Source of the DNA: Armatimonadota bacterium
Lineage (GTDB): Bacteria; Armatimonadota; SYMT01
Reading direction: 5' to 3'
Assembly: GCA_046292385.1 (NCBI GenBank)
Contig: JBKBRF010000013.1
Location: 1 to 64,000 of the forward strand
Length of the DNA stretch: 64,000 nucleotides
Shown here: positions 1 to 10,541 of the stretch, in pieces
Layout of the letters: each line of letters opens with the position of its first letter
How positions within the stretch are numbered: the first letter of the stretch is position 1
Translations under genes and position numbers: made by a program
The notes under the pieces: generated by a model
What the model was told of the DNA's origin: nothing
The model's input: only the letters and a program-made list of their open reading frames with translations
Database searches by the model: none

Positions 1-138
1 AGTCTCCCTTTCGACGAGAGGGAATCTCATCCGGGCTAGCCTGTGGAGTGCGAATGCTTGCTTTCGCGCCCCGCGCCAGCGGGGCACCGGAGAAGCTTCC
101 CGATTTCGCCAACAGTATCCTGTAGCGTCTCACTCCGT

Positions 139-1221
139 CTACCGCTGCGGCGTGCCGGGCAGCGCGGCGGCGTTGAAGCTCCCCTCGAACATCAGCAGGT
201 AGATCGTGGTGGAGGCAGGGCGCGGCACCGGGGTCGGGGTGGTGCTTCGGGCGGTCGGCTCCGCGCGGACCATCAGGAGCCCGTCGTTGTGCGGCTGCTG
301 GAAGAGCAGCACGGGGCGGCCCGCCTGGCTGCGGTCCTGGAACAGCGGCGCGCCCCACCCCCGCGTCTCCCCCGCGCGCGTGTAGAAGACGGTCAGCTGC
401 TCGTCCGAGAGCACGCCGCGCGTGCGCCACACGCTGAGCCGCACGGAGGTGGCCTGCGGGATCACGCTGCGCGCCATCTGCTTGACCCGCGCCGGGATCT
501 CCGGATCGCGCTCGATCGCCTCCAGGGAGCGGCGCAGGTCGGCCGGTCCCAGCGTCGCCTGCTGCGCCAGCATCGCCCCGGTGGGCGCGGGCGGCGTGAA
601 GAGGAGGGTGGTGAGGCGGTTGACGGTGTCCCGCGCCTGGGCCGTCGCCTGGGGGCCGTCCAGCGTGCCGGTGAAGAGCACCGCGTACACCTGCTGCTTC
701 CGCGTCTGGGTGTCGATGATCATCCCGAGCACCAGCCGCTCGTCCTTCTGCGGCGTCTGGTAGACCCGGGTCTCCTCCCGTCCGGTCGGCCGCGTGCTGG
801 TGGCGGCGAACGGCTCCCGCACTGCTTCCGGCTCCGGCGAGATCAGCTCCGGAGCGGTGTAGGCTCGCACCAGCTCCGACCAGGAGAGGGCATCGCCCTT
901 GGGGCGGAAGACCAGGATGCGCGCGTTGCGGATCGCGTTGCGGGTCAGGCCGGCGACGGTCGGCGCGAGCGGTCCCTGCGCGTCGACCCACACCGCCGCG
1001 CCGGGTAGAACCGGGAGACGCGTGTTCGGCGCCAGCGGCAAGGCGGCTCCGGCGGGGGGCGCCGCCGGCTCCAGCCCGGCTGAAGGCTGCGCGGGAGTCG
1101 CCTGCGACGGCTCGACCGGCTGCGCCGCCCCCTGCGAAAGGTAGAGCGCGTCGGCGGAGGCGGCGACTCCCGTCACCGCCGCGAGCAGCAGCGCCAGTCC
1201 CGCGCACCGAAAAACTCTCAT
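139..1221 (-). CDS. Secreted hypothetical protein, third gene of the ECF sigma/anti-sigma operon
   Basis: ORF with a signal-peptide-like N-terminus (MRVFRCAGLALLLAAV...ASADA). The ATG at 1221 lies just after the anti-sigma stop; an alternative start is 1233. Confidence 0.7.
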   Translation of the reverse strand: MRVFRCAGLALLLAAVTGVAASADALYLSQGAAQPVEPSQATPAQPSAGLEPAAPPAGAALPLAPNTRLPVLPGAAVWVDAQGPLAPTVAGLTRNAIRNARILVFRPKGDALSWSELVRAYTAPELISPEPEAVREPFAATSTRPTGREETRVYQTPQKDERLVLGMIIDTQTRKQQVYAVLFTGTLDGPQATAQARDTVNRLTTLLFTPPAPTGAMLAQQATLGPADLRRSLEAIERDPEIPARVKQMARSVIPQATSVRLSVWRTRGVLSDEQLTVFYTRAGETRGWGAPLFQDRSQAGRPVLLFQQPHNDGLLMVRAEPTARSTTPTPVPRPASTTIYLLMFEGSFNAAALPGTPQR

Positions 1222-1222
1222 C

Positions 1223-2341
1223 CTACTCGCCATACGTCTCCTGTCCGAACAAGCTGGCCGCGGCGTCTTCCCGGCGCGTCATCAACCCAAAGGCCCGGAC
1301 CATCTCGTCCCGCACCACCCGCTCCGCGGGCGCCTGGGCCGCGGCTGCCTGGGAGACGCCGGCGCCCATTGCCGGCACCGGGTTGCGGACTTCCTCCGGC
1401 AGCGTCGTCAGCACGGCGCCGCCTCCGTCGGTAATCGTCAACCCGCCCGGCGCGGGGCCGCCCTGGGCCATCAGCACCTTCGGAGCGGTCTCCGCGCTCG
1501 GCTTCGGCGGCCGGACCGCCGGCCGCTCCTGTCGGGCCACCTGGAACGGGCGCGCGGCGCTCCGCCGCGGCTTCCGCACCGGCCGCTGCACGGCGACCGC
1601 CACCGGCCGCTGCACCCGCCGTGCCGGCTTCACCTTCCGGCGGGCTCCGCGGGAGGCGACCTGTTCCGCGTCGAGCTTCGGCGTCTCGGCTCGGCTCGGG
1701 GTCGCCACCGGAATTCTTACCTCACGGGACGCAATGGCGGCCGGTGGCGCGACCGGAGCGGCCGTACCGCCGCTCTTCAGCAGTTGGCTCCCGCTCCAGA
1801 CTGCCAGGGCCAGCGCGGCGAGCTGGAGCGCCGGGCGGAGCGCCGCGGGGCGCCGCAGGCTCTCCCACAGGCCGGACCAGAGCCCCGCGCGGGCGGTGCG
1901 GGCCGCTTCCTCCTGCGCCAGCCGCTCGGAGAAGGCGGGCCAGAGGTCGACCGCCGGCGCTTCGGCCGCCGCCTGGAGCGCGGAGAAGGCGCCCTGGTAG
2001 GCGGTCAGCTCCGCGGCACAGGCCTGGCAGCGCGCCAGGTGCTCCGAAAGGGAGAGCGCGCGCTCGTCCCGCAGCTCGCTCGCGGCGTACGCCGGTGCCA
2101 GCTCTCGAGACTCCGCGCAGGAGATCGAGTCGCCGAGGCGGGTGGAGAAGCGCGCCCAGAGATCCGGCACGGCGGGCTCCGACGCCGTGGACAGCGCTCG
2201 CAGGGCTCGCCGCAGCCGCACCCGCTCCTCGGCGCAGCCGGCGCAGGCCTCCAGGTGCCGTTCCAGCCGCTCCGCCTCTGCCGGGGCCAGCTCCGCCTCC
2301 AGCAGCTCCGGAAGGCGCTCGCGGAAGTCGCTACACCGCAT
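1223..2341 (-). CDS. Anti-sigma factor with two zf-HC2 (ZAS) domains and one TM helix
   Basis: Two C-x25-HLxxCxxC motifs (HLEACAGC, HLARCQAC), a hydrophobic helix, and overlap with the ECF sigma gene end. Confidence 0.85.
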   Translation of the reverse strand: MRCSDFRERLPELLEAELAPAEAERLERHLEACAGCAEERVRLRRALRALSTASEPAVPDLWARFSTRLGDSISCAESRELAPAYAASELRDERALSLSEHLARCQACAAELTAYQGAFSALQAAAEAPAVDLWPAFSERLAQEEAARTARAGLWSGLWESLRRPAALRPALQLAALALAVWSGSQLLKSGGTAAPVAPPAAIASREVRIPVATPSRAETPKLDAEQVASRGARRKVKPARRVQRPVAVAVQRPVRKPRRSAARPFQVARQERPAVRPPKPSAETAPKVLMAQGGPAPGGLTITDGGGAVLTTLPEEVRNPVPAMGAGVSQAAAAQAPAERVVRDEMVRAFGLMTRREDAAASLFGQETYGE

Positions 2342-2945
2342 GGGGGTCCCTCACCATCGCCTCGAAGCGCTCCTTGAACATCTTGCGCGCCCGGAAGAGC
2401 CGCGTCTTTACCTGGCTCAGCGAGAGGTTGAGCACCTCCGCGATCTCTTCGTAGGCAAGCTGCTGGAAGTGCCGCAGCACCATCACCGCCCGGTAGTCCG
2501 GCGGCAGCGTCCGCAGCACCCGGTGCACCACCTGGTGGTCTTCCTGCTGCTGCATCAGCTCTTCCGGATCCGGCTCCGGCTCCTCGAGCAGGCGGCTCTC
2601 GTCCTCGTGCCGGACGTCGTCCAGGAACTCGAAGCGGCTCTTTCCCCGGCGCCGGATCTCCGTGATGCAGAGATTCACCGCCACGCGGTAGAGCCAGGTA
2701 CTGAAGGTCGAATCCCCCCGGAAGCTGCCGAGGCTGCGGTGGAGGCGCAGGAACGTCTCCTGCGTCACGTCGGCCGCGTCCTCCCCATTGGAGAGCATCC
2801 CGAGGCTCACGTTGTAGACGTAGCCCTGGTACTTCCGGAACAGCGACTCGAACGCCTGCCGGTCCCCCTGCCGCGCGCGCTCCAGGAGGCGCAGGTCGGG
2901 ATCAGCGGCGTTGAGCAGGCCGTCGTGTGAGTGGCTGCGGATCAT
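2331..2945 (-). CDS. ECF (sigma-70 group 4) RNA polymerase sigma factor
   Basis: GDRQAFESL, DAADVTQETF, FSTWLYRVAVN and YEEIAEVLNLSLSQVKTRLFRAR. The ORF extension to 3782 overlaps fabD on the other strand and is rejected. Confidence 0.92.
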   Translation of the reverse strand: MIRSHSHDGLLNAADPDLRLLERARQGDRQAFESLFRKYQGYVYNVSLGMLSNGEDAADVTQETFLRLHRSLGSFRGDSTFSTWLYRVAVNLCITEIRRRGKSRFEFLDDVRHEDESRLLEEPEPDPEELMQQQEDHQVVHRVLRTLPPDYRAVMVLRHFQQLAYEEIAEVLNLSLSQVKTRLFRARKMFKERFEAMVRDPHAV

Positions 2946-3182
2946 CTGGGCTGGAAGCGTGGCGCCCACGGCTGGTACTCCTCCCCAGTAGGACTCGCCC
3001 CCCAGGAGAGAAGTTGCCCGGATTTCCCCGCCGGGCCGATGTAGGCTTAGAAGAGGGCGCTTACCGGACCCTGAGACGCCGGCGCGGGCGGCGGCGTTCA
3101 CTCCGGGGCGCAGGAGCGGCCGGGGCGGCGAGAGAAGCATGCGGCGAGGGGCGCGGAGAACCGCGCCGGGAGAGGGACCACT

Positions 3183-4103
3183 TTGGGCAAGACAGCGTTC
3201 GTGTTTCCGGGTCAGGGCTCGCAGAAGGTCGGGATGGGGCGCAGCCTGGTGGAGGAGAGCGAGACGGCGCGGGAGCTCTTCGCGCGGGCCGACACGATCC
3301 TCGGATTCGAGCTGAGCCGGCTCTGCTTCGAGGGGCCGGAGAGCGAGCTGGTGCGGACCGAGATTACGCAGCCGGCGATCTTCACCGTGAGCGTGGCGGC
3401 CGGGCGGATGCTGGAGGAGCGGGGATGCACCGCCGAGGTCGTGGCGGGACACAGCCTGGGCGAGTACTCCGCGCTGGTGCACGCGGGGGTGATGAGTTTT
3501 GAGGACGGTCTCCGCGTGGTGCGGCGCCGCGGCGAGCTGATGGCGGAGGTGGGTGACCGGGTCTCCGGCGGCATGGCGGCGATCCTGAGCCTGCCGGCGG
3601 AGACGGTGGCGGAGGTCTGCGCCGCCGCGGCGGAGGCCGGAGTGGTGGAAGTGGCCAACTTCAACTCCCCGAACCAGACCGTCATCTCCGGCGAGCTGCC
3701 GGCGGTGGAGCGCGCGATGGCGCTGGCGAAGGAACGCGGCGCGCGCCGGGCCGTGGCGCTGAATGTCTCCGCGCCGTTCCACAGCAGCCTGATGGCGCCG
3801 CTCGCCGCGGAGATGGAAGAGGTCCTCGCGCGGGTCGAGATGCGGGAGCCGCGCATGCCGGTGGTCGCCAACGTCACCGCCCGGTACGTGCGGACCCCGG
3901 ACGAGATTCGCGAGGCGCTGGTGCGGCAGCTCGCGGGCAGCGTGCGCTGGACCGAGACGGTGCGCCTACTGGACGCGGACGGGGTGGAGACGCTGGTCGA
4001 GGCCGGTCCCGGCCGGGTGCTCTGCGGCCTCGGCCCCCGCATCGTGCCCGGACTGGCCGTGGTCGACACCGCCGAGGCGCTGCAGCGCGCGGGCGGCGCT
4101 TGA
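3183..4103 (+). CDS. fabD: Malonyl-CoA:ACP transacylase
   Basis: FPGQGSQ, catalytic GHSLGEY and SAPFHS motifs. TTG start after a GAGGGA RBS. Confidence 0.95.
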   Translation: MGKTAFVFPGQGSQKVGMGRSLVEESETARELFARADTILGFELSRLCFEGPESELVRTEITQPAIFTVSVAAGRMLEERGCTAEVVAGHSLGEYSALVHAGVMSFEDGLRVVRRRGELMAEVGDRVSGGMAAILSLPAETVAEVCAAAAEAGVVEVANFNSPNQTVISGELPAVERAMALAKERGARRAVALNVSAPFHSSLMAPLAAEMEEVLARVEMREPRMPVVANVTARYVRTPDEIREALVRQLAGSVRWTETVRLLDADGVETLVEAGPGRVLCGLGPRIVPGLAVVDTAEALQRAGGA

Positions 4104-4134
4104 TCTACACCACGCGGGGGAAAAAGGACCGGGA

Positions 4135-5262
4135 ATGAACGCGCCGGAGCTCCATCACCAGGCATCTGACCTCGATCTCCAGCAGGCGCAGCTCGAGTGG
4201 CTGCGCTCGCTGCCGGAGCGGGTGCGGGAGACGGTGCTGCGCCCGCGGGACATCACCCGGATCCTGGACCGCTCGGCGCAGGTGGTGCGGGGCGCCGGTC
4301 ACCAGGCGCTGGCGGAGCTCGACGCCGAGGCCTACCGGGTGGCGACCGAGATGGAGCCGGCGGTCGGCCTGGAGGCGACGCTCCGCTACCTGCGGGACAG
4401 CCTGGGCCGCGCCCTGCGAGGCGCGTACGCGGGACGTGAGTCGGAGGCGTCGGTGGCGATCGACCGGATCATCACCTGTGTTACCGACGCCGTCTGGCGT
4501 GCCCATACCGACTCGCTGGAGGAGACGATCCGCCGCCAGCAAGAGGATCGCCTCTCGCAGGAGCTGATGCTCGCCAAGCGCATCCAGGAGCGCCTCCTGC
4601 CCCGCACCATTCCCCAGGTCCCCGGCTTCGACATCGCGGGAAAGGTGCTGGCGGCGGCGGAGGTGGGCGGCGACTACTGGAGCTGCAAGAGCTATCCGGA
4701 AGACGGGATCGTCACCCTCAAGCTGGCCGACGTGACGGGACACGGCATCGCCGCGGCGACCCTGGTCGCGGCGGTCAAGTTCATCAGCGGCGGCTACTAC
4801 CGGGGCGCCAAAACGGCGGCGCAGGTGATGGAGCGGACCAACCACGTGCTGGTGAAGGAGACCCCACACGAGATCCTGGTGCCGATGGTCTACGCATGGC
4901 TCTATCCCTACAGCGGCGCCATGAGCGTGGTGAATGCCGGCCACTCTCCGGTGCTCCACTTCCAGGACGGCTCCGTGCGGCGCATCGAGACCACGGGACT
5001 GGCCCTCGGGCTGATGGAGACGCGCTACCGGGAAGTGCGCCTGGAGCTGGCGCCGGGCGATCTCTTCTTCACCTGCTCGGACGGCGTCACCGCCCCCTCG
5101 GCCGAGAAGGCGGTCGGCGAAGACTGGGTGATCGAGCAGGTGCAGCGGGGGCGCGACCTGCCCGCGGCCGAGTTGGTGGAGCAGATCCTCACCAACGCCC
5201 TGGAAGCCTACGGCACGCCGCAGGACGACATGTCGGTGCTGGTGGTGCGGCGGGTCTCGTAG
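4135..5262 (+). CDS. PP2C-type (SpoIIE/RsbU-like) Ser/Thr phosphatase with helical N-terminal domain
   Basis: AKRIQERLLP, EVGGDY, ADVTGHGIAAA, VNAGH, SDGVT and DDMSVLVV motifs. Confidence 0.9.
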   Translation: MNAPELHHQASDLDLQQAQLEWLRSLPERVRETVLRPRDITRILDRSAQVVRGAGHQALAELDAEAYRVATEMEPAVGLEATLRYLRDSLGRALRGAYAGRESEASVAIDRIITCVTDAVWRAHTDSLEETIRRQQEDRLSQELMLAKRIQERLLPRTIPQVPGFDIAGKVLAAAEVGGDYWSCKSYPEDGIVTLKLADVTGHGIAAATLVAAVKFISGGYYRGAKTAAQVMERTNHVLVKETPHEILVPMVYAWLYPYSGAMSVVNAGHSPVLHFQDGSVRRIETTGLALGLMETRYREVRLELAPGDLFFTCSDGVTAPSAEKAVGEDWVIEQVQRGRDLPAAELVEQILTNALEAYGTPQDDMSVLVVRRVS

Positions 5263-5263
5263 G

Positions 5264-5313
5264 GAAAGGCTAAAGCCCCTTAAAGGCTAAAGGCTAAAGG
5301 CTAAAGTCCGAAC
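5264..5313. repeat. AAAGGCT heptamer tandem repeat ending in TCCGAAC
   Basis: gaaaggctaaagccccttaaaggctaaaggctaaaggctaaagtccgaac directly after the stop codon. Confidence 0.85.
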
Positions 5314-5426
5314 CCTCCGTGAACGGTAGATCCTGCTCCTGCTCTTGCTCGCTGGCGACCCTCGTTGCTTCCGCACGTCCTCGCCGGCTCGGGCCGCGGG
5401 GCGTAGCAGTACGACGGCGGCGGCAG

Positions 5427-5623
5427 CTACCTGCCGCCGCCGTCGGGCCGGCTTGCCGACGGCATGCTGTTCAGCTTGTCCGGGTTGGCGGGCGCCGGTC
5501 GGGCGTCGGCGGCGGCCGGCGGCGCCGCGTCGCGGGTCGGGTCCTCGGCACAGCCGGAGAGCGTCGCAGCCGGGACCCAGACGACCGCGAGCCAGCCGGT
5601 GAGCGCTGCCAGGCGAAGCGACT

Positions 5624-5627
<4 letters not shown>
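5427..5627 (-). CDS. Small Pro/Ala-rich lipoprotein (66 aa)
   Basis: [26 protein letters not shown] lipobox. ATGA overlap with the DUF1559 stop at 5624-5627. Confidence 0.7.
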
Positions 5628-6499
<872 letters not shown>

Positions 6500-6710
6500 G
6501 GAGCTTCGCCTTTCCTGTTGAAGTTGCTCGCAGCTACTACCGGCACGGAGCCCGGCCCCGGCGCAGGGCGACCCCGCATGGAAAACGGGCGGGCGCCTGG
6601 CTTCGGTCTAAGGAATATCTAAGTAGACTCCCCCGTGCGGCGAAGCGGGGTGTGGAGCGGCTCCGAGGCGCTGGAGCCGGCTTTCGAGGCTCGTAACAGG
6701 TCTGGAGTCG

Positions 6711-6743
6711 AAAAGACCGCCGCCCGGTGGCCGGGCGGCGGTC
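6711..6743 (-). terminator. Intrinsic terminator after DUF1559 copy 2
   Basis: gaccgccgcccgg/ccgggcggcggtc stem followed by TTTT on the minus strand. Confidence 0.75.
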
Positions 6744-6769
6744 CAAAGAGCGATCCTTTGCCGGAGAGC

Positions 6770-7540
6770 CTACGGGCCTACGCGCATGTGGGGGCTCTGC
6801 GGGTAGCCCGCGTAGCTGCCGCTGGTCCGGGCGCTGTTGTCCTTCATGAAGCGCTCGTACTTGGCCCACTTCACGTGACCGTCGCAGTAGGCGATGTTCA
6901 TGCCCTCGCTGTGGCGGAAGAACTTGTTGTCCTTCGTGGTGCCGATACCGGTGGTGCAGGCGCTGCCGAACTGCGCCACCGCCGGGTTGGTGGTGTAGCT
7001 GATGACGTAGGCTTCCACCAGGAACGCCGCCTCGGCGGGATTCGACACGAACTCACTGCCGACACAGGAGTCCCAGGCGTTGGTGCAGAGGCTCGTCTGC
7101 GGCGTGGGGAAGCCCGCGAACATCACCGTGCCCCACCAGTCGTAGTAGCTGTAGCGGAGCCAGGAGGGCCACGCATAGCTGGAGGAGACCACGGCCGGTG
7201 CCGCCGTGCAGCCGGTGGTGAAGGCGGCCTTATCCTTCGGCGCGCTGGGGCAGAGGAAGACGCCCGTGTTCTTGACGTACGGGTTGATCATCTCCATCCA
7301 GGTGTGGTTCGCGCCCGGAGCCGCGGCCCACCAGTTGTACATGGACTGCTCGTCGTAGTCCTGCGTGTACATCTTCACGCCGGTCATGATCTGCTTCAGG
7401 TTCGACGTGCAGCTCGCCGCCCGGGCCTTCTCACGGGCCTGCGCAAAGACCGGGAAGAGGATCGCGGCGAGAATCGCGATGATGGCGATCACCACGAGGA
7501 GCTCGATGAGCGTAAACCCTCGTCGTACCAAACGTTGCAT
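6770..7540 (-). CDS. DUF1559 prepilin-type / H-X9-DG protein (copy 2)
   Basis: [17 protein letters not shown] and [27 protein letters not shown] precedes the ATG at 7540. Confidence 0.93.
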   Translation of the reverse strand: MQRLVRRGFTLIELLVVIAIIAILAAILFPVFAQAREKARAASCTSNLKQIMTGVKMYTQDYDEQSMYNWWAAAPGANHTWMEMINPYVKNTGVFLCPSAPKDKAAFTTGCTAAPAVVSSSYAWPSWLRYSYYDWWGTVMFAGFPTPQTSLCTNAWDSCVGSEFVSNPAEAAFLVEAYVISYTTNPAVAQFGSACTTGIGTTKDNKFFRHSEGMNIAYCDGHVKWAKYERFMKDNSARTSGSYAGYPQSPHMRVGP

Positions 7541-7700
7541 GAGCACCCTCCCGCCTCGTGCGAGGCGATGATTACTGCGGATGTGCGCAGAAACTTTCTT
7601 TGGCCGGCGCAGCGATCGCCGCATTCGAAAAGGCAAGTTTGCCGCCGTACCGGAGCGGGTATCTTCTACAATTGCCGCCGCGCCAAATGAATTACAGAGA

Positions 7701-7729
7701 ACTGTAGCAGTTCCACCTCCGGAACGAAA
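7701..7729 (-). promoter_or_regulatory. Putative sigma70-type promoter TTTCGT-N17-TACAGT for DUF1559 copy 2
   Basis: The same hexamers with the same 17-nt spacing recur at 9179-9207 although the spacer sequence has diverged. Confidence 0.6.
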
Positions 7730-7816
7730 GCTTTGCCGTATAGCAGGCGGACAGAGTCTACCTAATCGCAACACGAGCGCCTGCTCTCTCGTAAGACGAG
7801 AGACCACCGCAGACCC

Positions 7817-7853
7817 AACGGGCCGGCCTCTTGGCGTAAGAGGCCGGCCCGTT
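7817..7853. terminator. Hairpin/terminator after the small lipoprotein
   Basis: aacgggccggcctctt / aagaggccggcccgtt inverted repeat. Confidence 0.65.
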
Positions 7854-7896
7854 CTGATCTACCGCGCGGCAGCGTGCCGCGCCAGCCGCCAGGCGG

Positions 7897-8109
7897 TTAC
7901 TGCGTCGGCGGAGGAGGCAGCTCGCCCGGGTTCGTCTGCGGGGCGGTGCCCGTGGTGCTGCCGGCGCCACCCGGGGGGGTGGGAGGCGCGGGGGTGGTGT
8001 TCACCGGAGGCATGTCCTCAGCCGACTCTCCGCCCCCGGTGCACCCTACCAGGAGGGAGGCCGTGAGGATGGCGCCCAGCGCCAGGACCGCAACAGGTCG
8101 CATTCGCAT
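7897..8109 (-). CDS. Small Pro-rich lipoprotein
   Basis: MRMRPVAVLALGAILTASLLVGC lipobox, GAGGA RBS, and position downstream of DUF1559 copy 3. Confidence 0.7.
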   Translation of the reverse strand: MRMRPVAVLALGAILTASLLVGCTGGGESAEDMPPVNTTPAPPTPPGGAGSTTGTAPQTNPGELPPPPTQ

Positions 8110-8242
8110 GTTTTTCCTCATTCCGGATACCGGGATCACAATCGCAGCGTCCAACGGGTAACCGTATCAGCTTTGGCTGCCGACCGCGAACTACCGCCGC
8201 CCGCGCTGGGCGGCGGTAGCTGGAGCGTTGGACGGCCGGCAT

Positions 8243-9016
8243 TTACGGGCCGACGCGCATCACCGGGCTCTGCGGGTAATTGGCGTAGGCGCCGCTGGTG
8301 CGGGCACTGCTGTCCTTCATGAAGCGCTCGTACTTCGTCCACTTCACGTGCCCGTCGCAGAAGGCGATGTTCATGCCGCCGTTGTGGCGGTAGAACTTCG
8401 GGTCGTTGTTCCCGCTGTAGCCGGTAGTGCAGGCGCTCCCGAACTGGGCCACCGTGGGGTTGGTGTTGTAGGAGATGAAGTAGCCCTCGATCAGGAACGC
8501 CGATTCCGCCGGATGCTCCACGAACTCCGCCCCAACACACTTCTCCCAGTCAGCCACGCACAGTGAGGCGCGCGGCGTGGGGAAGCCGGCGAACATGACA
8601 GTGCCGGACCAGTTGTAGTAGGTGTACCGCGCCCAGCCCGGCCACACGTACGTCGACGGCACGCTCGCGGGCGCGTCGGCGCACGAGGTTACATACGCGC
8701 TCCGGTCCTTCGGCGCGCTGGGACACATGAAGACGCCCGTGTTCTTGACGTACGGGTTGACCATCTCCATCCAGGTGTGCCAGACACCGCCCGGCACCTG
8801 GTACCACAGGTACTCCATGGACTGCTCGTCGTAGTCCTGCGAGTACATCTTCACGCCGGTCATGATCTGCTTCAGGTTCGACGTGCAGCTCGCCGCCCGT
8901 GCCTTTTCGCGGGCCTGGGCGAAGACCGGGAAGAGAATCGCCGCGAGGATAGCGATGATGGCGATCACCACGAGAAGCTCGATGAGTGTGAACCCTCGTC
9001 GGACCAAACGTTGCAT
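8243..9016 (-). CDS. DUF1559 prepilin-type / H-X9-DG protein (copy 3)
   Basis: [13 protein letters not shown] and [16 protein letters not shown], with an AGGAGGG RBS. Confidence 0.93.
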   Translation of the reverse strand: MQRLVRRGFTLIELLVVIAIIAILAAILFPVFAQAREKARAASCTSNLKQIMTGVKMYSQDYDEQSMEYLWYQVPGGVWHTWMEMVNPYVKNTGVFMCPSAPKDRSAYVTSCADAPASVPSTYVWPGWARYTYYNWSGTVMFAGFPTPRASLCVADWEKCVGAEFVEHPAESAFLIEGYFISYNTNPTVAQFGSACTTGYSGNNDPKFYRHNGGMNIAFCDGHVKWTKYERFMKDSSARTSGAYANYPQSPVMRVGP

Positions 9017-9178
9017 GTGCACCCTCCTGCCTCCGTCGTACGGAGGCACTTGATTACTGCGGATAATCGCAGAGGATTCCGGCCGGCACGCAACTATTCG
9101 CCCCGGGTACCCGGCGAAGGATACCGGGCCTGCGGGATGGCACGAACAGCGGAGCCGCGCCTAATGAAGGAACATGGA

Positions 9179-9207
9179 ACTGTAGCGACTCGCCTGAGTG
9201 GACGAAA
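9179..9207 (-). promoter_or_regulatory. Putative sigma70-type promoter TTTCGT-N17-TACAGT for DUF1559 copy 3
   Basis: Conserved with 7701-7729. Confidence 0.6.
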
Positions 9208-9530
9208 ACCGCGATGGATGACGTGCGGTTCAAGTCCATTCAATTGCAACGCAAGCGCCTCATTCCGTGGAGCCCGGCCAACCGGGGGCAGAGGTAGCCC
9301 TCTGCCGCGGTGGCGATCTGGCTGAAGGTGGCTTCCCGACGCGCCGGTGGGCCGCTCCACAACCAGCTACCGTCGAAGTTCGCCTGCTCCGCCTAACTTT
9401 CCTCTAAAAAATGCCGGTTCGCCCAAAGGATTACCGGCGTCCAACCTTTCCCTCGGCTCCTAAGACAGGAAGACCGCCGCTCCCTAAGACGGAACGGCGG
9501 TCTTCCCAGCGCCTGGTTGCCTGCTGGAGA

Positions 9531-10292
9531 TCAGGGGCCGACGCGCATGTGGGGGCTCTGCGGGTAGTTGGCGTAGGCACCGGTAGTCCGGGCGCTGCTG
9601 TCCTTCATGAAGCGCTCGAACTTGGCCCACTTCACGTGCCCGTCACAGTAGGCGATGTTCATGCCGTCGTTGTGACGGAAGAACTTGATGTCCTTCGAGA
9701 TGCCGATGCCGGTGGTGCAGGCGCTGCCGAACTGGAGCGCGGCATACGGATACGAAACGAAGTAGCCCTCCACCAGGAACGCTGCCTCCGCCGGGTTCTC
9801 AGTGAACTCCGCACTCCGGCAATGGTCCCATGGGTTGGTACAGAGGCTCTGGCGCGGTGCCGGGAAGCCGGCAAACATGATCGTACCCCACCAATCGTAG
9901 TAGGTGTAACGGATCCAACCGGGCCATGTGTAGGTAGAACTCAGGTACCCGCCGTCACACCCGGTCGTGAAAGCGTTCTTGGCCTTCGGCGCGCTCGGGC
10001 ACTGGAAGATGCCCGTGTTCTTCACGTATGGGTTGACCATCTCCATCCAGGAAGTCCAAGAATTGGGATCGTAGCGGTACCAGAGATACTCCATCGACTG
10101 CTCGTCGTAGTCCTGGGAGTACATCTTCACGCCGGTCATGATCTGCTTCAGGTTCGAAGCGCAGCTTGCGGACCGGGCCTTCTCGCGGGCCTGGGCGAAG
10201 ACCGGGAACAGGATCGCCGCCAGGATCGCGATGATTGCGATGACTACGAGCAGCTCGATCAGGGTGAATCCACGCTTGGTGAGCCGTTGCAT
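9531..10292 (-). CDS. DUF1559 prepilin-type / H-X9-DG protein (copy 4)
   Basis: [13 protein letters not shown] and [16 protein letters not shown], with an AGGAGGG RBS. Confidence 0.93.
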   Translation of the reverse strand: MQRLTKRGFTLIELLVVIAIIAILAAILFPVFAQAREKARSASCASNLKQIMTGVKMYSQDYDEQSMEYLWYRYDPNSWTSWMEMVNPYVKNTGIFQCPSAPKAKNAFTTGCDGGYLSSTYTWPGWIRYTYYDWWGTIMFAGFPAPRQSLCTNPWDHCRSAEFTENPAEAAFLVEGYFVSYPYAALQFGSACTTGIGISKDIKFFRHNDGMNIAYCDGHVKWAKFERFMKDSSARTTGAYANYPQSPHMRVGP

Positions 10293-10541
10293 TCGCACCC
10301 TCCTGCCCCCACGCCTGGGGGCGAGTGAGAAGTTGGGGCACTTCTGCCCAATTAGTTGGCGCGCCGCCTGCAGGTACTGAGCTTTTACGGCGCTTTGTTG
10401 ATGAACACCAGAGTCCTTCGGCAGTGGGCCAGGGCACTCCTTCCCCGAAGTGACGTTTCATGTCCGGTATAGTTGCGGCCGGTTGCAACACAAACGGCAA
10501 GAATCTCGTCTCCGCTGCTCCCGCGCCGCTGGCCGATCCCC

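Noticed and set aside
6770..10292. DUF1559 paralogs as a DGR template/variable repeat system
   Set aside because: No reverse transcriptase or Avd in the window, all copies are full genes, and differences include indels and are not adenine-specific.
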